A stretch of 64,000 nucleotides of DNA from Escherichia phage EPIMRB01: sequence record PQ657784; one strand, 5' to 3'. The position numbers and the translations under genes are program-made. A model generated the notes under the pieces. The model had not been told where the DNA came from and searched no databases. It saw only the letters and a program-made list of their open reading frames with translations. This document shows positions 1 to 9,724 of the stretch, in pieces. Each line of letters starts with the position of its first letter. Positions within the stretch are counted from its first letter, which is position 1.

Positions 1-171
1 AACTTCCAACCAGTAATGGGATTCAAAACTCGTTACGGTATCGGTATCAACCCATTTGCAGAATCCGCTGCTCAGGCTCCGGCTTCTCGCATCCAGAGCG
101 GTATGCCTTCTATTCTGAATAGCCTTGGTAAAAACGCTTACTTCCGCCGTGTATATGTTAAAGGTATCTAA
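1..171 (+). CDS. 23: Major capsid protein gp23, C-terminal end (5' part lies outside window)
   Basis: Frame open from window edge, ends ...NAYFRRVYVKGI* at 169-171; lies directly upstream of gene 24 as in T-even phages. Confidence 0.8.
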   Translation, partial: NFQPVMGFKTRYGIGINPFAESAAQAPASRIQSGMPSILNSLGKNAYFRRVYVKGI

Positions 172-186
172 TCTTTGACGATTTAA

Positions 187-215
187 GGGACCTTCGGGTC
201 CCTTTAGTTGTTTTT
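187..215 (+). terminator. Rho-independent terminator after gene 23
   Basis: Stem GGGACC, loop TTCG, stem GGTCCC, followed by T-rich run. Confidence 0.65.
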
Positions 216-219
216 ATGG

Positions 220-227
220 TATAAATA
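220..227 (+). promoter_or_regulatory. T4-type late promoter box TATAAATA upstream of gene 24
   Basis: Exact TATAAATA about 28 nt upstream of the gene 24 ATG; late promoters of T4 are defined by this box. Confidence 0.6.
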
Positions 228-254
228 AATCATATAAACCAAAAGGAAAGCGCA

Positions 255-1538
255 ATGGCTAAAATCAACGAACTTCTGCGCGAATCAACCACAACGAATA
301 GCAACTCAATCGGTCGCCCAAATCTCGTTGCTTTGACTCGCGCTACCACTAAATTAATATATTCTGACATTGTAGCAACGCAAAGAACTAATCAACCTGT
401 TGCTGCTTTTTATGGTATCAAATACCTTAACCCAGATAACGAATTTACATTTAAAACTGGTGCTACTTACGCCGGCGAAGCTGGGTATGTAGACCGAGAA
501 CAAATCACAGAATTAACAGAAGAGTCTAAATTAACTCTCAATAAAGGCGATTTATTCAAATATAATAATATCGTTTATAAAGTATTAGAAGATACACCAT
601 TTGCTGATATTGAAGAAAGCGATTTAGAATTAGCTCTTCAGATTGCAATCGTTCTTTTAAAGGTTCGTCTATTTTCTGATGCTGCAGTAACAAGCAAATT
701 TGAAAGCTCTGATAGTGAAATTGCGGATGCTAGATTCCAGATTAATAAATGGCAAACCGCAGTTAAATCTCGTAAACTTAAAACTGGCATCACAGTTGAA
801 TTAGCACAAGATTTAGAAGCAAATGGATTCGATGCTCCTAATTTCTTGGAAGATTTGCTTGCAACCGAAATGGCGGATGAAATCAATAAAGATATTCTGC
901 AGTCTTTGATTACAGTATCAAAACGCTATAAAGTTACAGGAATTACTGATACTGGATTCATTGATTTGAGTTATGCATCTGCACCTGAAGCTGGTCGTTC
1001 ATTATACCGAATGGTATGCGAAATGGTTTCACATATCCAGAAAGAATCAACTTATACTGCAACGTTCTGTGTTGCTTCAGCTCGTGCCGCTGCGATTCTT
1101 GCTGCATCAGGTTGGTTAAAACATAAACCAGAAGATGACAAATATCTTTCACAAAATGCCTACGGGTTCTTAGCTAATGGTTTACCGCTTTATTGCGATA
1201 CCAACAGCCCATTAGATTATGTAATCGTGGGTGTAGTAGAAAATATAGGTGAAAAAGAAATTGTTGGATCAATTTTCTATGCTCCGTATACAGAAGGCCT
1301 TGACTTAGATGACCCTGAACATGTAGGTGCATTTAAAGTTGTAGTTGATCCAGAAAGTTTGCAGCCATCTATCGGTTTATTAGTTAGATATGCTTTATCT
1401 GCAAATCCTTACACTGTAGCAAAAGATGAAAAAGAAGCAAGAGTAATTGACGGTGGAGACATGGATAAAATGGCGGGTCGTTCAGATTTGTCTGTTTTAT
1501 TAGGTGTTAAGCTACCAAAAATTATCATTGATGAATAA
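255..1538 (+). CDS. 24: Head vertex protein gp24
   Basis: 427 aa, same length as T4 gp24; ATG preceded by AAGGAAAG; position after gene 23. Confidence 0.93.
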   Translation: MAKINELLRESTTTNSNSIGRPNLVALTRATTKLIYSDIVATQRTNQPVAAFYGIKYLNPDNEFTFKTGATYAGEAGYVDREQITELTEESKLTLNKGDLFKYNNIVYKVLEDTPFADIEESDLELALQIAIVLLKVRLFSDAAVTSKFESSDSEIADARFQINKWQTAVKSRKLKTGITVELAQDLEANGFDAPNFLEDLLATEMADEINKDILQSLITVSKRYKVTGITDTGFIDLSYASAPEAGRSLYRMVCEMVSHIQKESTYTATFCVASARAAAILAASGWLKHKPEDDKYLSQNAYGFLANGLPLYCDTNSPLDYVIVGVVENIGEKEIVGSIFYAPYTEGLDLDDPEHVGAFKVVVDPESLQPSIGLLVRYALSANPYTVAKDEKEARVIDGGDMDKMAGRSDLSVLLGVKLPKIIIDE

Positions 1539-1545
1539 AACAAAG

Positions 1546-1566
1546 GGACCTTTCGGTCCCTTTTTA
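1546..1566. terminator. Stem-loop between convergent genes 24 (+) and rnlB (-)
   Basis: GGGACC-TTTC-GGTCCC flanked by A-run and T-run, usable in both orientations. Confidence 0.6.
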
Positions 1567-1567
1567 T

Positions 1568-2572
1568 TTAACTTACCAATTCAATCCAAGCCGGACGAAG
1601 TACATCTTGTACCATTTTAACTAATTCCTTTTTAACCAAAGAAGGACTATCCGCTTGAGTTAGAGTAATACCTTCACGAGAAGTTTCTTCCAAAATATCT
1701 TGAACAGTTAGTCCCATCACCTTTCCAAAATCTTTTGGACCAATTTCGCCAATTTTAGAAATAACGTTATTTACTCGGTTCAGTGTAACGTAACAAGCTA
1801 AAATTCCCACCAATTTGTTATCAGCTTCTGACAGTTCAACTTTAGCTTTAATAGGCTTATCAGACTTTTTCTTTTCACTAAATTTAGAGTTCTTGCATTT
1901 GATGGCTACACGATTGCGATTAGGCAGCCAAGAAGGATAACAAGGTTTCAATACATATCCTTCAGCGGTAAATACTTCGCCTTTTGCTTCGGCATTCCAA
2001 ACGCATTTATTTGCATCAACTAATCCAGCGTGGTCTACCGTAAAATTATAATCTTGGACGACGGAATCTAAATCATTTGGCAATTTAATAAGTTCTTCAA
2101 ATTTACCGCGACCTAAAAGTGGAGCCATTTTAAATTTAAATGTATTACAGAATGATTCCATCATATAATCATCGACATAAGTCACATCACCACTTTCTGT
2201 AGTAACAATAATGTCAAATACATAAAAATCTTTATCGCCATAATCGACATTCTTCTGAATGCCAGGTCCAGCGAATTCGCCAAAGACTTGATAAGATACA
2301 ACCGCTGAAGTTTCCATAATATCTTGTACTGCTTTAATGGAATCAGCGTAATTCTTTAAAACAATTTCATACCCAAAGAAATCTTCAGCAGGAAGAATAG
2401 GACCAGTGCGTTTAGCACAAGTTACTTTATCACGCTCAATAATCAATGAGAAATTTGTGCCGTGAATCTTTTCACGAGCTACCCATTCGCCGCCAGTCAA
2501 TCCTAAACTGTAAAGTTTTTCAATAAATTTAGAGTTGTAATGATTTTCAAGACTGCTATACTTTTTAAACAT
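1568..2572 (-). CDS. rnlB: RNA ligase 2 (Rnl2)
   Basis: 334 aa as in T4 Rnl2; N-terminal nucleotidyltransferase motif I KIHGTN (adenylylated lysine). Confidence 0.92.
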   Translation of the reverse strand: MFKKYSSLENHYNSKFIEKLYSLGLTGGEWVAREKIHGTNFSLIIERDKVTCAKRTGPILPAEDFFGYEIVLKNYADSIKAVQDIMETSAVVSYQVFGEFAGPGIQKNVDYGDKDFYVFDIIVTTESGDVTYVDDYMMESFCNTFKFKMAPLLGRGKFEELIKLPNDLDSVVQDYNFTVDHAGLVDANKCVWNAEAKGEVFTAEGYVLKPCYPSWLPNRNRVAIKCKNSKFSEKKKSDKPIKAKVELSEADNKLVGILACYVTLNRVNNVISKIGEIGPKDFGKVMGLTVQDILEETSREGITLTQADSPSLVKKELVKMVQDVLRPAWIELVS

Positions 2573-2581
2573 AATTAATCC

Positions 2582-2860
2582 TCAAAATGTAATTTCTAAC
2601 CAATCACCATCACGCTGATCACTATTGACTTTAAAGCTAAATCCTTCTTTTCTCAGCCAATCACCAATTTCTTCAGTAATCAATTTATCGCGAGCAGTAC
2701 AATAATAACTAAAATATGTTTTACCTTGTTCAGCTGCTTTATTAGCAAGTTCCGAAAAATCTTTAATAAAACACTCTAGCTTAAACTGTTTACTTTTAAG
2801 TGCTTTTTCGCGTAATCGATTAGCAAAAGATTCATTTTCATAAAGATCATACTGTTCCAT
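2582..2860 (-). CDS. Hypothetical protein (position of T4 24.2)
   Basis: 92-aa ORF in minus-strand array between rnlB and hoc; no recognisable motif. Confidence 0.5.
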   Translation of the reverse strand: MEQYDLYENESFANRLREKALKSKQFKLECFIKDFSELANKAAEQGKTYFSYYCTARDKLITEEIGDWLRKEGFSFKVNSDQRDGDWLEITF

Positions 2861-3062
2861 TTTTCACCTTTTTATTAATATGCCTTTTTCTATAAACAAC
2901 TTTTTCTCGAGTTTCAAATTTATTCTTAGCAGTCATAGCTCGAGCCCATAATACAGCCACTTCCTTTGCCTGTAAGTTTAATTCACGAGCAATTTCAATG
3001 AATGACTTTCCAGACTCATGAAGAGTAAACACCACAACCTCAGTTCTCATAATCAATCTCAT
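2847..3062 (-). CDS. Hypothetical protein (position of T4 24.3)
   Basis: 71-aa ORF, 14-nt overlap with downstream ORF; basic. Confidence 0.45.
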   Translation of the reverse strand: MRLIMRTEVVVFTLHESGKSFIEIARELNLQAKEVAVLWARAMTAKNKFETREKVVYRKRHINKKVKNGTV

Positions 3063-3124
3063 GTTATCGAGTTGATGCCATTATATACATCATTTTCTGA
3101 GCGTGTTTTGTGTGCTTTCAAAAT

Positions 3125-3150
3125 GAAGAAAGGGGCAGAAGCCCCTTATG
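3125..3150 (-). terminator. Terminator stem-loop downstream of hoc
   Basis: GGGGC-TTCT-GCCCC on minus strand followed by T-rich tract. Confidence 0.5.
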
Positions 3151-3151
3151 A

Positions 3152-4570
3152 TTATGGATAGGTATAGATGATACCAGTTTCTAAAGCAGTTTTATGAATG
3201 ATGTATCCATTACGTGATTCTTGAACATCAACTTCTGGATAGTCTTTCATCATCTTCTGAAGGGTGTAACGATGCAGGTAGTATTTACTATCTGGATCTT
3301 CAGTTTTCCAATCTTTACCTTCTTCAGTCATTTTTTGGATTTCATCCATAACCCACCAACCGCACCAGATATAAGCTGAAGTACGATGTGGAAGAGGATG
3401 AACATAAGGCAATTCACCTTCTGGTTCTGGAGCAACTTTATCAGTTACCTGAACTTGACCTTCTGCTGTGATAGTTTTGCTATCATAATCAGTAGCAGTA
3501 ACAGTTGCAGTAACTTCAATAGTTTGACTTCCAATAGATGATGTATCAACAGTGTATACATTAGTTGACCCTTCTACTGGAGAAGAATCTTTCTTCCATG
3601 AATATTCGATTTGTGCTTCTTCTGGAGCATCCGTAACATTAGCAGTAAATGTAGCCGAAGCATCTTGCTGAACGTTAATAGAAGGAGGAGTCAATGTAAC
3701 CTGTGGATTCATTGTCTTCTTATTAACTGTCAATGATACTTCATTAGAAGTAACTTCCTTTTCATTGTAATTTTCAGCCGTTACTTGGGCTACACACTTA
3801 ACTGTTTTAGCTCCAACTGTGGTAGGAGTATAGTTAAATGTAGTAGTAGTTTCTCCATCGACCAGAGAACCGTCAACATACCACTGATACGTAGCAGACG
3901 CTCCATCGGGTTGAGAAACTAAGGCAGCAGTAAATTGAACTGGGGTTCCAATAACTCCTGCTGGAGGATTAGCAGGAGTTACGGCTAACGTAGTTGTCTG
4001 TGTTTTCTTATTAACAGTCAGTGACACTTCATTAGAAGTAACTTCCTTTGCATCATAATCTGTCGCGGTTACTTGAGCTACACACTTAATTGTTTTAACT
4101 CCGCTTGCGTCAGGAGTGTAATTGAATGTAGTGCCAGTTGCTTCGCCCACAGGAGAACCGTCAACGTACCATTGATATGTAGCGTTTGCACCTGATGGCT
4201 GTGAAGCTAAGGCAGCGGTAAATTCAATTGGAGTTCCAATCACTCCAGCATCAGGGCTACCAGGAGTTACAGCTAAAGTAGTTGTTTGTGTCTTATTTTG
4301 AACTGTGATAGTTGTACTAATTTCTGCTGTTTCAGGTTCAGATTCTGCAACTTGATTGGTTGCAACTACTTTAATAGTCTTTTGACCGGCAGGTCCTTTT
4401 AGTACATAACTAAAAGTTGCTGACGTTTCTTCCTGTGGAGCGTCGTCTACAGTCCAAGCATATGTAATAGGTCCATCTCCAGTTTGACCACTGGGTGTAG
4501 CAGTAAACTGCTGAGTCTGATCTATAACTCCAGTAGGTGTTTTAGGAGTTATATCAACTGTAAAAGTCAT
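3152..4570 (-). CDS. hoc: Highly immunogenic outer capsid protein Hoc, variant with four tandem Ig-like domains plus C-terminal capsid-binding domain
   Basis: 472 aa; N-terminus MTFTVDITPKTPTGVID and C-terminus ...HKTALETGIIYTYP as in T4 Hoc; internal 96-aa repeat present twice. Confidence 0.9.
   Translation of the reverse strand: MTFTVDITPKTPTGVIDQTQQFTATPSGQTGDGPITYAWTVDDAPQEETSATFSYVLKGPAGQKTIKVVATNQVAESEPETAEISTTITVQNKTQTTTLAVTPGSPDAGVIGTPIEFTAALASQPSGANATYQWYVDGSPVGEATGTTFNYTPDASGVKTIKCVAQVTATDYDAKEVTSNEVSLTVNKKTQTTTLAVTPANPPAGVIGTPVQFTAALVSQPDGASATYQWYVDGSLVDGETTTTFNYTPTTVGAKTVKCVAQVTAENYNEKEVTSNEVSLTVNKKTMNPQVTLTPPSINVQQDASATFTANVTDAPEEAQIEYSWKKDSSPVEGSTNVYTVDTSSIGSQTIEVTATVTATDYDSKTITAEGQVQVTDKVAPEPEGELPYVHPLPHRTSAYIWCGWWVMDEIQKMTEEGKDWKTEDPDSKYYLHRYTLQKMMKDYPEVDVQESRNGYIIHKTALETGIIYTYP
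3719..4294 (-). repeat. Two tandem 288-bp units encoding near-identical Ig-like domains inside hoc
   Basis: Unit 1 at 4007-4294 and unit 2 at 3719-4006, roughly 80-85 percent nucleotide identity; both begin KTQTTTLAVTP and end EVTSNEVSLTVNK. Confidence 0.85.
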
Positions 4571-4579
4571 AAGTTATCC

Positions 4580-5260
4580 TTATTTTAATGTTACGAAAGA
4601 AGAATTGCGTGTTTCACGAATTAGAACTGATCCGTCACGATTAATGTAATAAATTAAGCTAAACAAAGTTTGGTGTGCCGACGCGTGTTCAAAACTAGTT
4701 GGGTGAGATTTCCAATCCGGAGTTTCAGCAATCCATTGGTAAATCCACCAAGGAACAGTGCAGAATCCTGGATTTTTTCCAATCAGCTGAAGATTCGGAC
4801 TAAAGTTTTCCGGAAGAGTAAATACAGACGGCTTTTCAGATTCAATAATCTCAGCTACAGCCTGCTCGAATTTTTCTTCAACAAAAGGAGTGTCTTCAAT
4901 CAAAACATCGGTATTTTCAGGAATTTTATCCGTTTCTACTACTTCAATTTTAATGTCAGATTTAACCGGAGAATCAATCAGAAGTGCTGCTTCTGGATTG
5001 ACTTCTTCATCGTCATATTTTAATCCGTCTGCAGCATCAGCAGCATCAATTAAGTCTTTAATAGATAACCCATCAGTCTCTGGCATAGGTTCACTAGCGA
5101 GCTTCTGGAGGGCTTCTTCAATATCATTAACGATATTATCAAAAGATTTATTCTTTTTGACCTTTATACCAAACTGTTCAGCATATTCAGCTAATTTAGC
5201 TTTAGCTTCTTTGTTATCATCAAGAGCCTTCAGCTCTGCAATATAATCTTTATCTATCAT
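4580..5260 (-). CDS. inh: Inhibitor of prohead protease gp21 (Inh), putative
   Basis: 226-aa acidic protein at the position of T4 inh between hoc and segD; SD GAGGAAA; assignment by synteny and length. Confidence 0.6.
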   Translation of the reverse strand: MIDKDYIAELKALDDNKEAKAKLAEYAEQFGIKVKKNKSFDNIVNDIEEALQKLASEPMPETDGLSIKDLIDAADAADGLKYDDEEVNPEAALLIDSPVKSDIKIEVVETDKIPENTDVLIEDTPFVEEKFEQAVAEIIESEKPSVFTLPENFSPNLQLIGKNPGFCTVPWWIYQWIAETPDWKSHPTSFEHASAHQTLFSLIYYINRDGSVLIRETRNSSFVTLK

Positions 5261-5273
5261 AATATTTCCTCAG

Positions 5274-5281
5274 TATAAATA
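5274..5281 (+). promoter_or_regulatory. TATAAATA late-promoter-like box upstream of segD
   Basis: Exact TATAAATA about 29 nt upstream of the segD ATG. Confidence 0.4.
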
Positions 5282-5309
5282 TAGATATATTTATTACTCG
5301 GAAAATAGT

Positions 5310-5927
5310 ATGTACCACTTTGTATATGAAACAACAAATCTAATAAATGGTAAAAAGTATATAGGAAAACACTCTACTGATGACTTGAATGATGGTTACC
5401 TTGGTTCCGGTAAGGCAATTCAGCAGGCTATAAAGAAATATGGTGAAAACAATTTCTCTAGAACAATACTAAAAGAGTTTAAAACTTCCGAAGAAGCGTA
5501 CATGTATGAAGAAGAAATTATAACTCCTGAAATAATAAAAAGCAAAAATTATTATAATATGAAACCTGGTGGAATTGGTGGAATTGTTATGACTACAGAG
5601 GTTATAGCAAAGATGAAAGAATCTTCCGCTAAGAGATTTGAAAACTCACCGGGCACGGTATTAGGTACAACTTGTTACACTAATGGAACTAAAAATATTT
5701 TTATTAAGCCTGGAGAACTTGTTCCAGAAGGATTTGTAAAAGGGATGGTTCATCCTAATAGAAAGTCCAGAAAAGGATGTAAAGTCAAACCGACTACCAC
5801 AGGAACTTTTTGGGTCAATAATGGTGCAATAAATAAATTAATACAACCAGACGGTATTATTCCCGACGGATTTATTAAAGGTCGTCTCATGAAAAGAGAT
5901 TCTAAAGGCAAATTTAGTAAGGCATAA
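5310..5927 (+). mobile_element. segD: Freestanding GIY-YIG homing endonuclease (SegD-like), coding 5310-5927
   Basis: 205 aa; N-terminal GIY-YIG module (FVYETTNL...KKYIGKH) and downstream NxxPGG segment; sits between inh and uvsW as T4 segD does. Confidence 0.8.
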
Positions 5928-5929
5928 TT

Positions 5930-7438
5930 ATGGATATTAAAGTACATTTTCACGACTTCAGTCATGTACGCATCGATTGTGAAGAGAGCACGTTCCACGA
6001 ATTAAGAGATTTCTTTTCGTTTGAGGCCGATGGATATAGATTTAACCCTCGCTTCAGATATGGCAACTGGGATGGACGAATCCGTCTTTTAGATTATAAT
6101 CGTCTTCTTCCATTCGGCTTAGTCGGGCAAATTAAAAAGTTCTGTGATAACTTTGGCTATAAAGCCTGGATTGACCCGCAAATTAACGAAAAAGAAGAAT
6201 TATCAAGAAAAGATTTTGATGAATGGCTTTCTAAGTTAGAAATCTATTCAGGAAATAAAAGAATTGAACCACACTGGTATCAAAAAGATGCAGTGTTCGA
6301 AGGATTAGTTAATCGTCGCAGAATTCTTAATCTTCCAACATCCGCAGGTAAATCTTTAATTCAAGCTTTGCTTGCACGTTATTATTTGGAAAATTATGAA
6401 GGTAAAATTCTTATCATTGTTCCAACAACTGCTCTGACAACTCAGATGGCTGATGACTTTGTTGACTATCGTTTATTCAGTCATGCAATGATAAAGAAAA
6501 TTGGCGGCGGAGCATCAAAAGATGATAAATATAAAAATGATGCACCGGTAATTGTCGGTACATGGCAAACTGTAGTAAAACAACCGAAAGAATGGTTCTC
6601 ACAGTTTGGAATGATGATGAATGATGAATGCCATCTTGCTACAGGAAAAAGTATTTCATCTATCATATCGGGTTTAAATAACTGCATGTTCAAATTCGGT
6701 TTGTCTGGTTCATTACGTGATGGCAAAGCCAATATCATGCAGTATGTTGGAATGTTTGGTGAAATATTTAAGCCAGTAACGACTTCTAAATTAATGGAAG
6801 ATGGACAAGTAACTGAGTTAAAAATTAATAGTATTTTTCTTCGTTATCCTGATGAGTTTACTACTAAATTAAAGGGAAAAACTTACCAAGAAGAAATAAA
6901 AATTATTACTGGGCTCAGTAAAAGAAATAAATGGATCGCTAAATTAGCTATTAAACTTGCGCAAAAAGATGAAAACGCTTTTGTCATGTTTAAGCATGTA
7001 TCGCATGGTAAAGCTATTTTCGATTTAATTAAAAATGAATACGATAAAGTTTATTACGTATCAGGGGAAGTTGATACCGAAACCCGTAATGTAATGAAAA
7101 CCTTAGCTGAAAACGGTAAAGGAATAATTATAGTAGCAAGTTATGGTGTATTTTCTACTGGTATTTCAGTTAAAAATCTGCATCACGTTGTTTTAGCGCA
7201 CGGTGTTAAATCTAAAATTATTGTATTGCAAACAATAGGTCGTGTATTACGTAAGCATGGTTCTAAAACAATCGCAACGGTCTGGGACCTCATTGATGAT
7301 TGCGGTGTTAAGCCAAAATCTGCTAATACGAAAAAGAAATATGTTCATTTGAACTATCTTTTAAAACACGGCATTGATCGTATTCAGCGCTACGCAGATG
7401 AAAAATTTAATTACGTAATGAAAACAGTTAATTTATAA
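5930..7438 (+). CDS. uvsW: UvsW SF2 DNA helicase (recombination/repair)
   Basis: 502 aa; Walker A LPTSAGKS and DECH box (MMMNDECH). Confidence 0.92.
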   Translation: MDIKVHFHDFSHVRIDCEESTFHELRDFFSFEADGYRFNPRFRYGNWDGRIRLLDYNRLLPFGLVGQIKKFCDNFGYKAWIDPQINEKEELSRKDFDEWLSKLEIYSGNKRIEPHWYQKDAVFEGLVNRRRILNLPTSAGKSLIQALLARYYLENYEGKILIIVPTTALTTQMADDFVDYRLFSHAMIKKIGGGASKDDKYKNDAPVIVGTWQTVVKQPKEWFSQFGMMMNDECHLATGKSISSIISGLNNCMFKFGLSGSLRDGKANIMQYVGMFGEIFKPVTTSKLMEDGQVTELKINSIFLRYPDEFTTKLKGKTYQEEIKIITGLSKRNKWIAKLAIKLAQKDENAFVMFKHVSHGKAIFDLIKNEYDKVYYVSGEVDTETRNVMKTLAENGKGIIIVASYGVFSTGISVKNLHHVVLAHGVKSKIIVLQTIGRVLRKHGSKTIATVWDLIDDCGVKPKSANTKKKYVHLNYLLKHGIDRIQRYADEKFNYVMKTVNL

Positions 7439-7455
7439 GGGCTTCGGCCCTTTGG
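7439..7455 (+). terminator. Stem-loop after uvsW
   Basis: GGGC-TTCG-GCCC followed by TTTGG. Confidence 0.5.
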
Positions 7456-7694
7456 AGAAAAAGATGTTACTAGAATTTAAACAATTTCTTTATGAAGCTT
7501 CTATTGATGAATTTATGGGTAAAATTGCCTCTTGTCAAACATTAGAAGGTTTAGAAGAACTTGAAGCTTATTATAAGAAAAGAGTCAAAGAAACTGAATT
7601 AAAAGATACTGATGACATCTCTGTGAGAGATGCTTTGGCAGGAAAAAGAGCTGAATTAGAAGATTCAGACGATGAAGTAGAAGAAAGCTTTTAA
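7452..7694 (+). CDS. uvsW.1: UvsW.1 small acidic protein
   Basis: 80-aa ORF immediately after uvsW; acidic C-terminus. Confidence 0.65.
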   Translation: MEKKMLLEFKQFLYEASIDEFMGKIASCQTLEGLEELEAYYKKRVKETELKDTDDISVRDALAGKRAELEDSDDEVEESF

Positions 7695-7749
7695 ATTAAA
7701 AAAGGCCCAACCAAAAAGGAAGGGCCAAAACTATAGACTAAAGGTCACA

Positions 7750-7917
7750 CTATAGCAAAAGTTGTGTTTCATTTAATTGTTCTTCCGAACTTTCTGAAAC
7801 TGGTAGTTCTTTAATGTAATTATAGCAAGGCCCAGGATGTACAGGACCTTTGTCTGTTTCAACAACCAATGCAGAATCGATTGGAGTTTTACAGACAACA
7901 CAAATCTTATCTGACAT
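7750..7917 (-). CDS. Small Cys-containing protein (position of T4 uvsY.-2)
   Basis: 55-codon ATG ORF read by hand (below the ORF-track cutoff): MSDKICVVCKTPIDS...; CxxC pair. Confidence 0.45.
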   Translation of the reverse strand: MSDKICVVCKTPIDSALVVETDKGPVHPGPCYNYIKELPVSESSEEQLNETQLLL

Positions 7918-7945
7918 GATTGTCTCCTCTGAATTATATATCTAT

Positions 7946-8170
7946 TTATACAACTCTCATATGCATATCAATGCCCATATCTTTAGAATAAAAATATTCA
8001 TCAAGATATCCGGCAAATTTTCCTTTAATATAAAGGACATCTTCACCGCACGGGTGGTCGGCCAGGATACGAATATCCTGACGCTTAAGATTATGCTTTT
8101 TCATTAAGAATTGAATTTCCGTTTCAAATTCTTCTTCATAATTAAAAGCATCATCAATGCTATATCTCAT
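7946..8170 (-). CDS. Hypothetical protein (position of T4 uvsY.-1)
   Basis: 74-aa ORF abutting uvsY stop. Confidence 0.55.
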   Translation of the reverse strand: MRYSIDDAFNYEEEFETEIQFLMKKHNLKRQDIRILADHPCGEDVLYIKGKFAGYLDEYFYSKDMGIDMHMRVV

Positions 8171-8583
8171 TATTTTCCAGCCTCAAACGCTCGCATGTCT
8201 TGAATATGCTTAATAGCAAATCCACGTGATTTAATAGCATCAAGAGCTCCGCTACAGAAATCTAATAAAATCCCCCAATACTGTAACGAGGTATCAACCT
8301 TTAAAACATCCTTATCAGCTGATAGAACTGTCTTCATTTCTGATTTCTCGTAACGATCCATACTAAATTCATCACCGTCTCCTCGTCCCGAGTAGTAGTC
8401 TAATTTAGCTTTAAGAGCAACTTTTTTCTGTGCGTCAATTCTAAGCATTTCCTTTTTAATACTTGAATGCTTATTAAGCCATTTACTATATAACATCACA
8501 TTATTAGCTGCTTCATACTGTAATTTAGTCGAATCTATAAACACATCTTTCTTCAATTCTTCTTGAAGATCTTCTAATCTCAT
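8170..8583 (-). CDS. uvsY: UvsY recombination mediator protein
   Basis: 137 aa as in T4 UvsY; N-terminus MRLEDLQEELKKD. Confidence 0.92.
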   Translation of the reverse strand: MRLEDLQEELKKDVFIDSTKLQYEAANNVMLYSKWLNKHSSIKKEMLRIDAQKKVALKAKLDYYSGRGDGDEFSMDRYEKSEMKTVLSADKDVLKVDTSLQYWGILLDFCSGALDAIKSRGFAIKHIQDMRAFEAGK

Positions 8584-8616
8584 ATTGTTCTCTATTCAAT
8601 TGTTATTGGATGGACT

Positions 8617-8651
8617 TAGATTCATTATACCACGTTTTAACGTGAAGCATT
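8617..8651 (-). promoter_or_regulatory. MotA-dependent middle promoter for uvsY
   Basis: Minus strand reads a-TGCTTCA (MotA box), 13-nt spacer, TATAAT -10; about 34 nt upstream of uvsY ATG. Confidence 0.6.
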
Positions 8652-9048
8652 ATACTCTATTACTAGAAGCCAATTGCAGTTTTATCTGCTCAATATCATC
8701 AGGGTTATCGATGACCGAAAAGCGTATTTCTACTATCAGAGTATAATCGTCATAAACGGGTATCACATTAACTGATAATTTATCAATACGTGGCTCATAG
8801 TTTCTTACTGCGCTTTCGATATTGCGCTCAACCGTATCAGCAGTAAGAGGAGTCATATTTTCAAAAAGCTGGTCTGATAAATCACATCCAAATTCAGGGT
8901 CAAACGGTCTTGAACCTTTTCTTGTTGTAATAATTCCCAAAAGACTGTTTTTAATTGACCTTAATCCAAGCGATCTGGAAACGTCTTTGTTCCAATCCAT
9001 TTTCATTTCCGGGTCAATGTCAGAATAAAGCTTATTAATATTTGACAT
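8650..9048 (-). CDS. 25: Baseplate wedge protein gp25
   Basis: 132 aa as in T4 gp25; start overlaps gp26 stop. Confidence 0.9.
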   Translation of the reverse strand: MSNINKLYSDIDPEMKMDWNKDVSRSLGLRSIKNSLLGIITTRKGSRPFDPEFGCDLSDQLFENMTPLTADTVERNIESAVRNYEPRIDKLSVNVIPVYDDYTLIVEIRFSVIDNPDDIEQIKLQLASSNRV

Positions 9049-9674
9049 TATAGTAACTCAAAGAACTCTTTGAGGCCTCTTATTACGTGAGCATGGGTTT
9101 TTCCACACTCTGGACACTTAATTGGAACAGCCAAATAAACAGTAGGCTTTAAAAGCATATCTTTTATAGCTACAATATCTGACTCTGTGATGATAGAATA
9201 TAAATCTTCCAGTTCTTTTTCATTTAAGTCTTCAACTGGAATGCTTTCCCCGTTAGCATGAATCGTTTCTATGCATGATACTATCATGTGGGCTATATTT
9301 TTATCATCAAAAATTTTAGGGTATCGGAATTTAATTTTAATGTCACCCAGTGTATACCAGAGGTCTTCTGGTGCATCTATTTGTGTATGTAATAGATTTA
9401 TATGGGTTGGTATTTCAGTTCCACAGGTGCACTTCCAGGAGTTTTCGTGATTAACTTCGCCGAGAGAATGTGCCCATAAATGAATCAACAATAGTTCTGA
9501 TTCTTGGCGGTTTAAATCTTTTGCATTTGTGCAGTCTTTGATTAGCTTTTTAACAATTACTTCTACGGAACCATTATTTTTGGCAGTAATAAGTTCTAGA
9601 TATTCTTTAAGCGTGAATGCGCGACAATTGATTATTTTAGAACCAACTCTCACATCAAATTTGTATTCATACAT
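9048..9674 (-). CDS. 26: Baseplate hub protein gp26
   Basis: 208 aa; synteny 26-25; SD AAGGAG. Confidence 0.85.
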   Translation of the reverse strand: MYEYKFDVRVGSKIINCRAFTLKEYLELITAKNNGSVEVIVKKLIKDCTNAKDLNRQESELLLIHLWAHSLGEVNHENSWKCTCGTEIPTHINLLHTQIDAPEDLWYTLGDIKIKFRYPKIFDDKNIAHMIVSCIETIHANGESIPVEDLNEKELEDLYSIITESDIVAIKDMLLKPTVYLAVPIKCPECGKTHAHVIRGLKEFFELL

Positions 9675-9695
9675 ATTTAGCTCCTTTATTTATCA

Positions 9696-9707
9696 TATTT
9701 ATAAATA
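9696..9707. promoter_or_regulatory. Overlapping divergent late-promoter boxes for gene 26 (-) and gene 51 (+)
   Basis: Near-palindrome TATTTATAAATA gives TATAAATA on each strand, each about 20 nt from its ATG. Confidence 0.5.
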
Positions 9708-9724
9708 GAATAAAAGGAGCATCT

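Noticed and set aside
4670-5246. Plus-strand ORFs of 117 and 118 aa inside inh
   Set aside because: Antisense shadow ORFs within a well-supported minus-strand gene; low-complexity translations, no start context.
7850-8107. 85-aa plus-strand ORF
   Set aside because: Overlaps the minus-strand uvsY.-2/uvsY.-1 ORFs that fit the operon structure; no SD.
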